Counted from the first letter of the stretch, positions 33,489 through 43,285 are shown. The stretch: 64,000 nucleotides of DNA from an uncultured Halobacteriales archaeon (GCA_964627625.1 CAZVJB010000001.1:92736-156735), one strand, 5' to 3'. The notes: generated by a model from the letters alone, not told the origin. Translations and numbers: made by a program.

Positions 33489-35042
33489 ATGAAGGCGGTT
33501 CCACTTATCCTGGTGCTGCTTCTATTTGCGAGCAGCGGCGCAGCCCTGCCTCTCGACGGAATAGCTGGCCGCGGGATTTACGTCCGTGCAGGGGAGCAAC
33601 TAGAATTCTCTATGTCGTGCGAAGCTCGTCTTGACCAGACGGGCGCCATCCATGTCGAGGGAACCCTCGTGTTGCGACCCCCGGCAGAGTGTGCGGGCAG
33701 TCACGCAAGACAGGTCGTAATCCGAGCCCCGCTGTTCGATATTGGGCCGCACGGAATGGTAGTGGTGCCAAACGGGCGTGATGGACCAAGTCTCGTCGTG
33801 GGCGGCACGGCGGATAGCGGGTTTCGGGCGGCCGATGGTGCTCCTGGCTGGGGTCTGGTAATTCACGCGAGCGAAGCAAGGCTTTGGGGCACCATCGTGC
33901 TGGGCTCGGGCGGGAACGGCGCAAGCGCATGGGCTTCCGGCGGCCAGGACATTCTAGCGGTGGCCGGAGACGGTGCACCGGGTGGCCGACTCAATGTGGT
34001 TGCTCCAATCGTCCAGGGCCATCCTACCTTACGGGGTGGGCAAGGCGGCAATGGGGGCGACGCACAGGTCACCGTCACGCGCGCTCTCGGGCTACCGCCA
34101 GACGAGTACCAGCAAGGACAGAATGGTACAGCCATCCTTGACCCAGATGGAGGAGACGCCAACGCTGATGCAAGTGCGAACAGTACCTCCGCGGGGGCCC
34201 ATGGAGGCAACGCTACGGCGATAGGGGGGAGTGGAGCCCCTGGTTCCCCGGGCGGGCACGGAGGGAATGCCACGGCGATTGCCGGAGACGGCGGTTCCGC
34301 AATTGAGAAGTCCGCTGGAGATGCCCGTTCTGGAGGACACGGTGGCCATGCCATTGCGCTGGCTGGAAACGGCGCCTCAGGAGAAATTGGTGGACGCGGC
34401 GGCCGGGCAACCGCGCAAGGCGGCAGCGGCGGCGAAGGCGGAACCAGCATTCGCCCCGGCGGCGAAGGCGGCGAAGGTGGGGCTGGGGGCAATGCCACGG
34501 CTACAAGCGGGAATGGCGGCATTGGCCTTGCAGGTGGCGCGGGCGATGCGGAAAATGCAACGGCCATCTCTGGTCCCGGCGGTCCCGGCGGGGATGGAAT
34601 TGGCGACCAAGGAAAGGGAGGTTGGGGTGGCTCCTCCGGGCAGGCCCTGGCGGTGTCGGGCTCCGGCGGCGATGCAACGTCAGGAAATGGCGGAGACGGG
34701 GGGCCCGCCTACGCCCGAGTACCATTCTCTGGAAATGGTGGAAACGGCACGATGGAACCCGGGCGGCCTGGGCGGTTTCTCAACGCCGAGGCCTTGTCGG
34801 GCGGGGGAGGCTTTGGCTTCAACGGCGGGAACGCAGGTTCGGCCGTGGCGATTCAAGATGGGTCGGGCGCGTTTGGCAACCTGATTCATCCAACGGTGAC
34901 GACGGATGCTCAGCCGAGCCCGCCACAGGCAGCCCCTACGCTCTTGATGGCCCTTCTGACGGCTGCCAGCCTGCTTCGAGGCACCAAGGCAAGGCGCCAT
35001 CCATCGCGGGCTGCGCCCGTTCTTGACGCTAGCACGAGCTGA
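33489..35042 (+). CDS. secreted Gly-rich repeat (GG-x-GG-x-A-x-A) surface protein with C-terminal hydrophobic anchor
   Basis: Signal MKAVPLILVLLLFASSGAA. Repeats GGNGGDA, HGGNATAIGG, HGGNATAIAG, GGHGGHAIALAG, GGRGGRATAQGG and AGGNATATSG. C-terminal PTLLMALLTAASLLRGTKARR. Confidence 0.7.
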   Translation: MKAVPLILVLLLFASSGAALPLDGIAGRGIYVRAGEQLEFSMSCEARLDQTGAIHVEGTLVLRPPAECAGSHARQVVIRAPLFDIGPHGMVVVPNGRDGPSLVVGGTADSGFRAADGAPGWGLVIHASEARLWGTIVLGSGGNGASAWASGGQDILAVAGDGAPGGRLNVVAPIVQGHPTLRGGQGGNGGDAQVTVTRALGLPPDEYQQGQNGTAILDPDGGDANADASANSTSAGAHGGNATAIGGSGAPGSPGGHGGNATAIAGDGGSAIEKSAGDARSGGHGGHAIALAGNGASGEIGGRGGRATAQGGSGGEGGTSIRPGGEGGEGGAGGNATATSGNGGIGLAGGAGDAENATAISGPGGPGGDGIGDQGKGGWGGSSGQALAVSGSGGDATSGNGGDGGPAYARVPFSGNGGNGTMEPGRPGRFLNAEALSGGGGFGFNGGNAGSAVAIQDGSGAFGNLIHPTVTTDAQPSPPQAAPTLLMALLTAASLLRGTKARRHPSRAAPVLDASTS

Positions 35043-35174
35043 TGCGGAAACCGCGCAGCGCCAGCCTGTGATGGCGTGGCACGCACGCGCGACGCGAAGC
35101 GAGCGCAGGCGGGGGCCGCCGGGGCAGCGGACGAAAGCAGGCTATCAGTCCTTTTCCTCGCCACGGGCGTGCAG

Positions 35175-35975
35175 TCACGCGGCAATCGGGGGCCAAGGCG
35201 GCGTCCTGGCCGCAACTGGCAGCCAGCCGTCCGCCAGGGGCCACGTGCCTTCAGTGAGGACCCAATAGCGCCATGACCCGCGCGTTCCGCAGGCTCCCGG
35301 TGTGAACTGGGGGTCTGTATCGTACGCGGCAGCGGCCCCAATGGTATGACTCGACTGGACGAAAGCTATCATCCGTTTCGTCTCGTTTTCGTGGGTTCCC
35401 CGCAAGACACCGGGATCCGAGATTGGCCCGTTCGCTTGCCATGGCTCCATCCGACAAGTCACTTGCACCTTGAACCACCATCGCTCGCCGGACCAGTCCT
35501 TCCAACCGAGGCCAGGGTCCGGGTTTTGCGCGGCGACTGCCCAGTACACCACGCCGTTGGGGCGACCGCATTGCCCGTCGCTGCCACCATCGGAATGGAA
35601 GTAGCTCCCGGACTGGGTGAGCGAAACGTTGCGCGCGGAGTAGTACGCATCCATTTCAGGCGCCGTACCATTTCCCCCTCTAGCCGGAAGGGGATAAATT
35701 GGCTTCGCGGTTTGCTCCCATGGGAGGTCAAGGCAAATGGCGTCCTGAATCAACCATAACGAGGTCGCGCCGTATTCAGAGGGCGATCCGGAGCTCGTTC
35801 TGGTCGCGCTAGTGGTGGACGGTCGTGTGGATTCCGAGCCGGTCTCGCTAGCGAAGGGACTCGCGGGCTGGACGCAGCCTGACAGCGCCGCCGCGGCCAC
35901 CATGCTCGCGATGAACATGATTGGCGGCAACCGGCCTGGCGCCCCCCTGATCCGGCCCAATTGGTGTGCTGCCAT
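35175..35975 (-). CDS. lipobox lipoprotein
   Basis: IMFIASMVAAAALSGCVQ. Alternative start at 35918. Confidence 0.6.
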   Translation of the reverse strand: MAAHQLGRIRGAPGRLPPIMFIASMVAAAALSGCVQPASPFASETGSESTRPSTTSATRTSSGSPSEYGATSLWLIQDAICLDLPWEQTAKPIYPLPARGGNGTAPEMDAYYSARNVSLTQSGSYFHSDGGSDGQCGRPNGVVYWAVAAQNPDPGLGWKDWSGERWWFKVQVTCRMEPWQANGPISDPGVLRGTHENETKRMIAFVQSSHTIGAAAAYDTDPQFTPGACGTRGSWRYWVLTEGTWPLADGWLPVAARTPPWPPIAA

Positions 35976-36104
35976 GTTCCCTCGATAACCGCTGAGCCTA
36001 CGGTCTGCTAAGGAGCTTTCCTACGCGGGCCGGATCGATGCTCGGACACGCGGCCGGCACCTCACGCCAATGGCAGGGGTGTCCGGAGGACGGGCGTCAG
36101 GCCT

Positions 36105-36245
36105 GGGCGGTCGCGTTGCGACCGCCCCGTCCGCCAGGGGGTCTTAGGGGGCGCGCAGCGCCCCCTAGTGTCCATTGGAGCACCGAAACGGGTTCGAGCG
36201 GGCGCGCCTGGCCGAAGGCCGCGCCCGCGAAGAAGCCCGTTTCGG
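36105..36245 (-). terminator. three consecutive perfect GC-rich hairpins directly after the DHH gene stop
   Basis: (1) gggcggtcgc-gtt-gcgaccgccc at 36105-36127. (2) tagggggcgc-gca-gcgcccccta at 36145-36167. (3) A compound hairpin at 36183-36245 with outer arms ccgaaacggg/cccgtttcgg and inner arms gcgggcgcg/cgcgcccgc. Function (terminator or structured RNA) not established. Confidence 0.4.
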
Positions 36246-37238
36246 TCAGGCGAAGCAGTAAACTTCGCGCAGGAAATCCGGCACCGCGCGCGTTGGAATC
36301 TTGGCTCCGGCCGAGTGTGGGTGGCCGCCGCCGACGATGCCGTGGTGGGCCGTGAAATCTGAAACGAAGGCACCGAGGTTGAGTGCCTCAGGGTCTTCGT
36401 CGTACCGGGTGCGGCGCAGACTCAGGCTGGAAAGTGTGTTGCGGCGGTTGAGGAGAACGGCCACGGATGCGCCCAGGTCGCGGGCGACGTGGGCAAGGGC
36501 GCGCGAGCCGAAGCCGTAGAGGCTTGGCTTGTGGCGGCCAAAACGCAACAGCGCGACATTGTGTTTCAGTTCGATGCGCTCCCGGACGCGGTCGAGCGCC
36601 TTGTCCCACCGGTGTTCGTTGACCATTTGGAGGTAGCGAGACTTGATTTCGGGCACTTCACTTGGCCAGCGGCCCGTGGCAAGGCGACGCGCGGCTTGGG
36701 CGCGGAAGCGGTCGTCGTCCACGCGGAAGCGCCAGGCGAAGTCGAGCATGCGGGCCTCCTCCTCCATGCGGTCGCTGCCGACGTCGGATTCGACATCCGC
36801 AAGAAGTGGTGTGGGACAGTATTCCACGAGGTCGGCAAGTGCCACGAGGTGGCGGTGCATGCCGTTGAGGCCGAGGTAGTCGTAGGCAACGCCCGCCGCA
36901 GAGACGCCTTGGCGCACGACCCCTTCCAGGTCACTATCCAGGGAGCCCAACTGCAGCCCAGACTGCTCGTGGTGATCGAGGTAATGCACCCTCTGGCGCG
37001 TCTTGGCCTTGTCATTCATGGTTTTGATGAGCCGCGGCGTCAAGCCAAGGTCCACCAAGTAGAATTCCTGGCTGGAGATGTCCTTGCGCAGGACGTCGAC
37101 GGCGAGGTCCCCGCTGGCCACGAATGTGACCTTCGTCGCAGGATCCTTCGCGAGGAACAAGGCGGCGGAGATGATGCCGTCCACGTTGCCGCGTGTCAGA
37201 AGATGGGTCTTCCTGTCGTCCCGCTCGCGTAGTTCCAT
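36246..37238 (-). CDS. DHH/DHHA1-family phosphoesterase
   Basis: YLDHH (DHH motif) and GGGHPHSAGA (DHHA1 motif). Confidence 0.8.
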   Translation of the reverse strand: MELRERDDRKTHLLTRGNVDGIISAALFLAKDPATKVTFVASGDLAVDVLRKDISSQEFYLVDLGLTPRLIKTMNDKAKTRQRVHYLDHHEQSGLQLGSLDSDLEGVVRQGVSAAGVAYDYLGLNGMHRHLVALADLVEYCPTPLLADVESDVGSDRMEEEARMLDFAWRFRVDDDRFRAQAARRLATGRWPSEVPEIKSRYLQMVNEHRWDKALDRVRERIELKHNVALLRFGRHKPSLYGFGSRALAHVARDLGASVAVLLNRRNTLSSLSLRRTRYDEDPEALNLGAFVSDFTAHHGIVGGGHPHSAGAKIPTRAVPDFLREVYCFA

Positions 37239-37285
37239 CGCGGTGCAGTCCCTGCTCTTCCAATCCCACTCCCCCGCTAAGAGTC

Positions 37286-37642
37286 TTACGTTTTCTTCTC
37301 CTGGGAGGATGGCCGTTGTTTCCTCTGGAGTCTACGTAGTTTCCGGCGTTCTCGGGCCGCCGCGACGCCGCAGAAGGGGCAGGGCCCGCGCTTGGGCGCC
37401 GGTCGGCCGCAGCGCGAGCACCAGCGCTGGCCGGTGCGGGGCCGCTTGATCAAATCCTGCATGGGCGGGAATTTGGGTGAAAGGCGGCGCCAGAATGCGA
37501 AGCGGCTTGCCCACACGGCAACACCGGCCAAGAGGAAGCTGGCCGACACCATGTACCACGGCTCGCCGGCGCCCGCTGCCAAGAACGCGAGCGCCAACGC
37601 GACCACAACGCACCCGAGAGCAACCCAGGTGCGCCACGTCAC
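37286..37642 (-). CDS. two-TM membrane protein with C-terminal zinc ribbon
   Basis: CSRCG..x10..CPFCG followed by a basic tail. GTG start chosen downstream of the dph5 stop. Confidence 0.45.
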   Translation of the reverse strand: MTWRTWVALGCVVVALALAFLAAGAGEPWYMVSASFLLAGVAVWASRFAFWRRLSPKFPPMQDLIKRPRTGQRWCSRCGRPAPKRGPCPFCGVAAARERRKLRRLQRKQRPSSQEKKT

Positions 37643-37664
37643 ACGCAGGCATGGCGGCGGCCGC

Positions 37665-38444
37665 TCAAGAAGGCAACGTGTGCGCGAAGATGCGCCAGGC
37701 CGCGGCTTCAACGTCGTGCAGTTCACCAGGGACGATGATGCAGTGGAGCGGCGGGCCGAAATCGAGCCGGGCAAGGTCCCCGACCGGCCCGGTGACGCGC
37801 CGCGGGTCGTCCGCTCCGGCGCGCGCAACCACGCCGACTGGAGTCTTCGCCGTAAACCACTTGTTGCCGGTGCGCTCGGCAAGGTCCAAGAGAAGGGCCA
37901 GCGCCTGGTTTGCCGTCATGAAGTAGGATTCATCCGCCTTGATGTCGAGAAGAACTAGCGTGTGCAGGCCGCGGGCGTGGTTTTCCACCAGGGCGTCGAA
38001 TGGCGAGGTTGGTGACCAGTTGCGTTCGGGCCGCACGAGAGTCGTGGTCCTGCCGAACTTGTAATGCTGCAAGCCCAAGAGGCCGGGAGCCGCAGAATAG
38101 ATGGAAGGTGCGTGGACGACGTGGCAGACGACGCCGGCTTCGTGGGCCCGCACCATGAGGTCCGTATGAGTCGTCGCCGTGAGGGGATCGCCGGCGGTGA
38201 GCAGAACGACCTCTTGCCTACGCGCCTGCGCCACGAGGTCGTCGCCTCCAACTTCGACGCCGAGCCGGTCGAGGACCTTCACCTTCGTTTTCAGGAAGGC
38301 CTCCAGTTCGTCGTGCGTGGTTCCCGCGAGGATGGCGGTGTAGAATTCCGCGTAAACGACGTCGGCGGCCCGAACGCGTTCCAGCCCCTTCACCGTGATG
38401 TCCTTGACGTCGTGGAGGCCGAGGCCGACGAGGTGCAACGACAC
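37665..38444 (-). CDS. dph5: diphthine synthase
   Basis: SLHLVGLGLHDVKDITVKGL ... LTAGDPL.ATTH ... HAPSI. GTG start inferred. Confidence 0.9.
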   Translation of the reverse strand: MSLHLVGLGLHDVKDITVKGLERVRAADVVYAEFYTAILAGTTHDELEAFLKTKVKVLDRLGVEVGGDDLVAQARRQEVVLLTAGDPLTATTHTDLMVRAHEAGVVCHVVHAPSIYSAAPGLLGLQHYKFGRTTTLVRPERNWSPTSPFDALVENHARGLHTLVLLDIKADESYFMTANQALALLLDLAERTGNKWFTAKTPVGVVARAGADDPRRVTGPVGDLARLDFGPPLHCIIVPGELHDVEAAAWRIFAHTLPS

Positions 38445-38528
38445 AAGCCCGCCAGGGGAAAGGGGTTCATGAGGTTCCGGGCGGCCTGCGTCGCTGAGCT
38501 TATCGCCCACGGCGCTGTGGCGCAACAC

Positions 38529-39530
38529 GTGCAGTCCCTCGGCGTCCGCGTGCCCAAGTCCGACGCCGAGTCCACCCGCAAGCGGCTCCAGGACCTCGGC
38601 GTCCTGCGCATCGACCTCGAAGTCGGCAAACACGAGGATGACGTCGTTTTCCCAGTAAGTGCGTCGTGTGGGCCGACTCTTCCGACCGCGCTGTTCGATT
38701 TCAAGGCCCGCCTCGTGCGCCCCGCCGGCTACCAAGACCTACTCACATGGCCGAAAGACATGTTGGCCCTCGCCCCCCGCGCATTCGAGCAGATCGGCGA
38801 CATCGTCGTCGTCAAGGTTCCACCGCGGTTGGCCCCCCGCGCCGCCGAACTTGGCACTGCTCTTCGTAAGTTTGCTCGGGCCCGCGCCGTGTTCTCCGAT
38901 GACGGCGTGAAAGAGGAATTCCGCGTCCGTGACTTGGAACGCATCTCCGGCATCGGCGAGCCGCTTACCCAGGTGCAGGAAAACGGCATCAAACTCTGGG
39001 TCGATTTGTCGAAAGCGTACTTTTCGCCGCGGCTTGCGACGGAACGCGAGCGCGTCGCCGCTCTCGTGCAACCCGGAGAACACCTTGTCGACCTTTTCGG
39101 AGGTGTCGCGCCCTTTGGCATCCAGGCAGCCCTCAAGGGAGCGCGCGTCGACTCCGTCGACCTCAATCCGGCGGCAATCGAGTTGGCCAAACGCAACGTC
39201 GCGGAAAACAAGGTCGAGGACAAAGTCAAGCTGCACTTGGCCGATGCCAAACTCATCGGCAAACGCCTATTGGCCGCCGACCGCATTATCATGAACCTCC
39301 CGCATGGCGCCAAACTCTTCCTGGACATCGCAGCTCAACTCGCAAAGCCAGGCGCCACAATCCACTACCACGAGATTCTGACGCCAGCCGCCGTGCCGCC
39401 GCGTGGGCAAGCCGTTCTTGCTGAACTTGCCCGACACGGCAAAACCGCGACCGTGACCGCAACCCGCATCGTGCGCAATTATTCGCCTTCGGAAGCGCAC
39501 GTCGTCTTTGACCTGAAGGTCGCAACGTGA
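38529..39530 (+). CDS. trm5: tRNA (guanine37-N1)-methyltransferase Trm5
   Basis: YFSPRLATERERV, LVDLFGGVAPFGIQAA and IIMNLPH. GTG 38529 was chosen with cttatc about 26 nt upstream. ATG 38469 is an alternative. Confidence 0.8.
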   Translation: MQSLGVRVPKSDAESTRKRLQDLGVLRIDLEVGKHEDDVVFPVSASCGPTLPTALFDFKARLVRPAGYQDLLTWPKDMLALAPRAFEQIGDIVVVKVPPRLAPRAAELGTALRKFARARAVFSDDGVKEEFRVRDLERISGIGEPLTQVQENGIKLWVDLSKAYFSPRLATERERVAALVQPGEHLVDLFGGVAPFGIQAALKGARVDSVDLNPAAIELAKRNVAENKVEDKVKLHLADAKLIGKRLLAADRIIMNLPHGAKLFLDIAAQLAKPGATIHYHEILTPAAVPPRGQAVLAELARHGKTATVTATRIVRNYSPSEAHVVFDLKVAT

Positions 39531-40186
39531 GCCACATGCCGCCGCGCGTCGAGTCGCGCTTTGACATGGTGACCCTGGACCTCGATGGGACGCTGCTTCC
39601 GCACGACATGGCATTCGCCGTCATCCTGCGCGACAACGGGCATGCCGCACTTGCAGATGAGGCAACGCGCAAATTCCGGTCCGGGGAATGGAGCCTGCCG
39701 GAAACGTATGCCGCTCAATGGGCAGAAGTCCAAAAGCTCAGCCTCGCGGATGTGCATCGCGCCCTTCGTGACGCGGCCTGGCTGCCCGGCATCGCTGAAG
39801 GAGTACGGCGTCTACAGGCGGCGGGGTTGCGCGTCTGCGTGCTCACGGACGTCGCTTCGACGGTAACGGATTTCCTCGGGCGCTGGGGCCTCGTCGGAGC
39901 CATCTGCAGCCCGGTCACCGTCAAGGACGGCCGGCAAGTCGCGATCGAAACGCGTTTCGACAAGCGGGCGAACCTGGAAGAACGGCTGACGGACGGCCAC
40001 GTCAATGACAAGCGGGTCTGCCACGTCGGCAATGGCGCGAACGACATTCCGGTGTTCGATGCCGTCGGCGCAGGTGTTGCGGTTTTCCCGGACGAAGGCG
40101 TGGCGGAGGCAGCGACCGTCACGCTGCGCGCCCCCAAAGATTTCGCGGCCATCGTCGATGTTGTACTGAAGCTCAACGATAGTTAG
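39527..40186 (+). CDS. HAD-superfamily hydrolase (subfamily IB-like)
   Basis: VTLDLDGTLL (motif I) and GNGANDIPVFDAVG (motif III). GTGA overlap with the trm5 stop. Confidence 0.75.
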   Translation: MSHMPPRVESRFDMVTLDLDGTLLPHDMAFAVILRDNGHAALADEATRKFRSGEWSLPETYAAQWAEVQKLSLADVHRALRDAAWLPGIAEGVRRLQAAGLRVCVLTDVASTVTDFLGRWGLVGAICSPVTVKDGRQVAIETRFDKRANLEERLTDGHVNDKRVCHVGNGANDIPVFDAVGAGVAVFPDEGVAEAATVTLRAPKDFAAIVDVVLKLNDS

Positions 40187-40229
40187 CGCCAAGTTGGGTT
40201 GAGTCGCAGCCACGCTTCGGGGAAACCAA

Positions 40230-40309
40230 ATGAACCCGATACTGCGCATGAACCCGATTTCTCCCTGGCCATTCATTCCATCGGGCTCATGCTTTGGCAT
40301 CGGGTTCAT
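40230..40309. repeat. nested inverted repeat of an 11-mer (2 direct + 2 inverted copies)
   Basis: atgaacccgat at 40230 and 40248. atcgggctcat at 40280 and atcgggttcat at 40299. The symmetry centre is near 40269. Confidence 0.85.
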
Positions 40310-40356
40310 GGTAATCCCCTTGGGTTAGCCAGCCTTCCGGATGCTTGGCTGGTTGC

Positions 40357-43281
40357 TCAGCGCTTCCAGAAAGCATTCGTACGCGCAAAATTCAGTTCCG
40401 CAAGCAGGATTTCCCGCCAGAATGCCGGCGCCTCCGGGTCCGAGACCTTTTGCAGGATGCGACCCGCCGTGTCGGGGCCGACGCCTCGGCCCACGAGCGC
40501 CCGGCACGCGGTGGCGCCAAAATTCGAAACCAAATCGCCGCTGCGGATGATGCGTGTTCGCGTCGCAAGTTTGGCCGGATCCAATTTCGCCTTGCTGCGC
40601 AGGAGGGGAACCTGGTCCTCATTCCAGGGCCGCAAACAGGCGACCTGGTGGCTCTGGCAGCGGCGGCAAGCCGGACGCTTCGGCAGTAGGTGGACCAGAC
40701 TCTGCCACGCGTTGCCGCAGGCGCAGCAGGCCAGTAGTACATCGGAGTCTTCGATGCGCTTGCGTACAGCGGCAAGAAGTGCCTCGTCGGTTCGCGGCGG
40801 CGCCATGAGTCGCCGCGTCTCGTCCTGGCCCAGAAAAGTCAGGGGCCCCTGCGCCTGGATGGCAAAGGTGGTCTTGCCGGCTGCCATGGCTGCGACGAAG
40901 GATTGCACCGCGCCCACGTCCATGCGGTCGTGAATGAGGCGCGACAATGTTTCTTCCTGCAACGCAAGGTGATCGAGGAGTGCCTCGAGTTTCCCTCGGG
41001 TAGCGAAATTTGGGTCCAGGTCCTTGGGGAGCGCGCCAAAATGTTTTGCGACGTGGACGAGGTGGTGACGCACGAGTGGGGAGTCGCGCAGGCAGAGCGA
41101 CAGCAGCAGGCCGAGGCTACCGGCATCAAGGGATTTCCAGACATCGATCAGGACTTGCGCCGGTTGTTGCGTTGGGAGCGTGAAGTGGATGCGATACGCG
41201 TCGGACTCCATCCCGACAGGTGCACCTAGGCGCTGCGCAAGGAGCGCTTGCGTGATGCGGCCGAGAGCCTCGTTGCCGCGCGTGCCGAGACTTATGCCAA
41301 CGATGATCAGGCGCCGATTCATGTCAAGCGTCACAACGCGGTCGGTCGGAACTTGCAGACCCTGCGCCAAGTGGTCCAAGATGGGTTTTGCAGCCGACGC
41401 CCGGACCGTGGCTGACAGGCCATACGGCTTCAGGCCCGATTCATCGGATTCGGTAAGGAGCCGGCGCAGCCGCGCGACTTCCTGCGCCACATCAAAACTC
41501 ACCGGGAGTTGCGCGCCGGTCCACTGCGGAACCGGGCCCAGTTCCCGCACGGGGGCCACGCGGACACGAGCTTGTTCGACTTCGATTTCGAGGACCCGCC
41601 AGCTGCGCCCAGCCATGACAACCAGCGCGCCCGGCGCCATTGCGGCCGCAACGAAGGCGTCGTCCACGGTGCCTATCGAACGCTTGGACGATTCGTCAAT
41701 GACCTTGTAGCTGCGTTCATCCGGAATGAGCGAGATGTGGTCGAGGAAGTGCTTTCGGGCTCGACTGCCGCGGGCAATTCGGTCTTCTTTCCCGTCATCG
41801 GGAAAAAGGGTCCGCACATCTTGCAGGCACTGCCAGACCGCGTCGAACAAATCCTCATCGAGGTCGACAAAAGGCCCGGCGCGGCCAACGACGGCGCGGC
41901 ACCACTCCTTCTGCAATCCGGAATATTCGTTGGTCATTGCGATGAGTTGGTTGGCAAGCACCACGAGGGGTGCGTCGCGCAATTCCAGTGTCTCAAGTCG
42001 TCCCTCTACGGCGCGACGGGCAACGGCGGCGCACTCCATGATGTCCTCCGGTCCGGCGGCAATCAGGGTGCCGGCGCTCACACCGCCGACATGGTGGCCA
42101 CTGCGGCCGAGGCGTTGCACAAGTCGTGCGACGGAGCGCGGGCTTTGCACCTGGACGACATGGTCGATGGCGCCGACGTCAATGCCAAGTTCGAGACTCG
42201 AGGTCGCAACAAGCGCCCGCAATTGGCCGTTCTTGAATCGTTCCTCCACGTCGGTACGGTGCTCGGCGGAGAGGCTGCCGTGGTGCAACCCCAGGCCGAC
42301 CTTGGCTTCCCCCGGCTCGTCGTCGAGCATGCCGCTTCGGCTCACAAGGAGTTCGGCCCCATCGCGCGTGTTGTGGAAAACCAGAACCCGGTTGTGCTCC
42401 ATAGCAATCTTCCGCACCGTTCGCACTTGTGCCACGACGGGCGGCGTCAGGGTCAGCTTGGCCGCGAGTTCGCCGTCGCCGGGGTGCGGCAGTGATTCAA
42501 CGACCGTGAGCCGAATCTCCTTGAGGGTCTCGACGACAAGGACGTCGGTCGGCCGGGGCGCGCCGTCTGGTCCGACGCCTGCCATGAAGCGCGCCACGCG
42601 TTGCGGGTCGGCGACGGTGGCGGACAGGCCGATGCGTTGGAAGCCGCCGGCGGCGCGGGCATCCGGTTTTGCGGGGCACGGTCGGTCGTTGGCCTTCGCC
42701 ATGCGCAGCACGTCGGGCTGGCCGACGACTTCTTCGACGCGTTCCAGAGCAACCATGAGTTGGGCGCCGCGTTCCGACGCTGCAAGGTCATGCACTTCGT
42801 CTAACACCACGAATCGGACGGTAGCAAGGTGCTGGCGGAGGGTGTCGCCATACAGGAGAAGTTGCAACGTTTCTGGCGTTGTAATCAGAAGGTCGGGCGG
42901 GGAGCGCGATTGCTTCGTGCGCTCGCTTCGCGTCGTGTCGCCATGGCGGACACCCATCGAGATGCCGAGGGCTTTGGACCACGACACAAGGCGGCGCTGC
43001 AAGTCCCGGTTGAGGGCACGAAGCGGTGTCACGTACAGGAGTTTGAACCCCGCGGGCCAGGGTTTCTTCTTCGCAACGAGGGCTTCGCGTTCGAAAAGGA
43101 GGCGGCTGAGGCATGGGAGTAGAGCGGCCTCCGTCTTGCCGTGGCCTGTGGGGGCGACAAGAAGTACGTGCTTTCCGGCAGCAAGAGGGCCGTGGGCGAC
43201 GGTCTGGGCTTCCGTAAGGCCCTCCCAACCCTGGCTGCGAAGCAACGCGACGAGATCTGCGTGCAGGCCGGACTCTTCCAT
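40357..43281 (-). CDS. lhr: Lhr-type ATP-dependent DEAD/DEAH-box helicase
   Basis: APTGHGKT, DEVH, helicase C motifs, and a C-terminal CCACG...CRRC zinc ribbon. Confidence 0.85.
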   Translation of the reverse strand: MEESGLHADLVALLRSQGWEGLTEAQTVAHGPLAAGKHVLLVAPTGHGKTEAALLPCLSRLLFEREALVAKKKPWPAGFKLLYVTPLRALNRDLQRRLVSWSKALGISMGVRHGDTTRSERTKQSRSPPDLLITTPETLQLLLYGDTLRQHLATVRFVVLDEVHDLAASERGAQLMVALERVEEVVGQPDVLRMAKANDRPCPAKPDARAAGGFQRIGLSATVADPQRVARFMAGVGPDGAPRPTDVLVVETLKEIRLTVVESLPHPGDGELAAKLTLTPPVVAQVRTVRKIAMEHNRVLVFHNTRDGAELLVSRSGMLDDEPGEAKVGLGLHHGSLSAEHRTDVEERFKNGQLRALVATSSLELGIDVGAIDHVVQVQSPRSVARLVQRLGRSGHHVGGVSAGTLIAAGPEDIMECAAVARRAVEGRLETLELRDAPLVVLANQLIAMTNEYSGLQKEWCRAVVGRAGPFVDLDEDLFDAVWQCLQDVRTLFPDDGKEDRIARGSRARKHFLDHISLIPDERSYKVIDESSKRSIGTVDDAFVAAAMAPGALVVMAGRSWRVLEIEVEQARVRVAPVRELGPVPQWTGAQLPVSFDVAQEVARLRRLLTESDESGLKPYGLSATVRASAAKPILDHLAQGLQVPTDRVVTLDMNRRLIIVGISLGTRGNEALGRITQALLAQRLGAPVGMESDAYRIHFTLPTQQPAQVLIDVWKSLDAGSLGLLLSLCLRDSPLVRHHLVHVAKHFGALPKDLDPNFATRGKLEALLDHLALQEETLSRLIHDRMDVGAVQSFVAAMAAGKTTFAIQAQGPLTFLGQDETRRLMAPPRTDEALLAAVRKRIEDSDVLLACCACGNAWQSLVHLLPKRPACRRCQSHQVACLRPWNEDQVPLLRSKAKLDPAKLATRTRIIRSGDLVSNFGATACRALVGRGVGPDTAGRILQKVSDPEAPAFWREILLAELNFARTNAFWKR

Positions 43282-43285
43282 GCAA

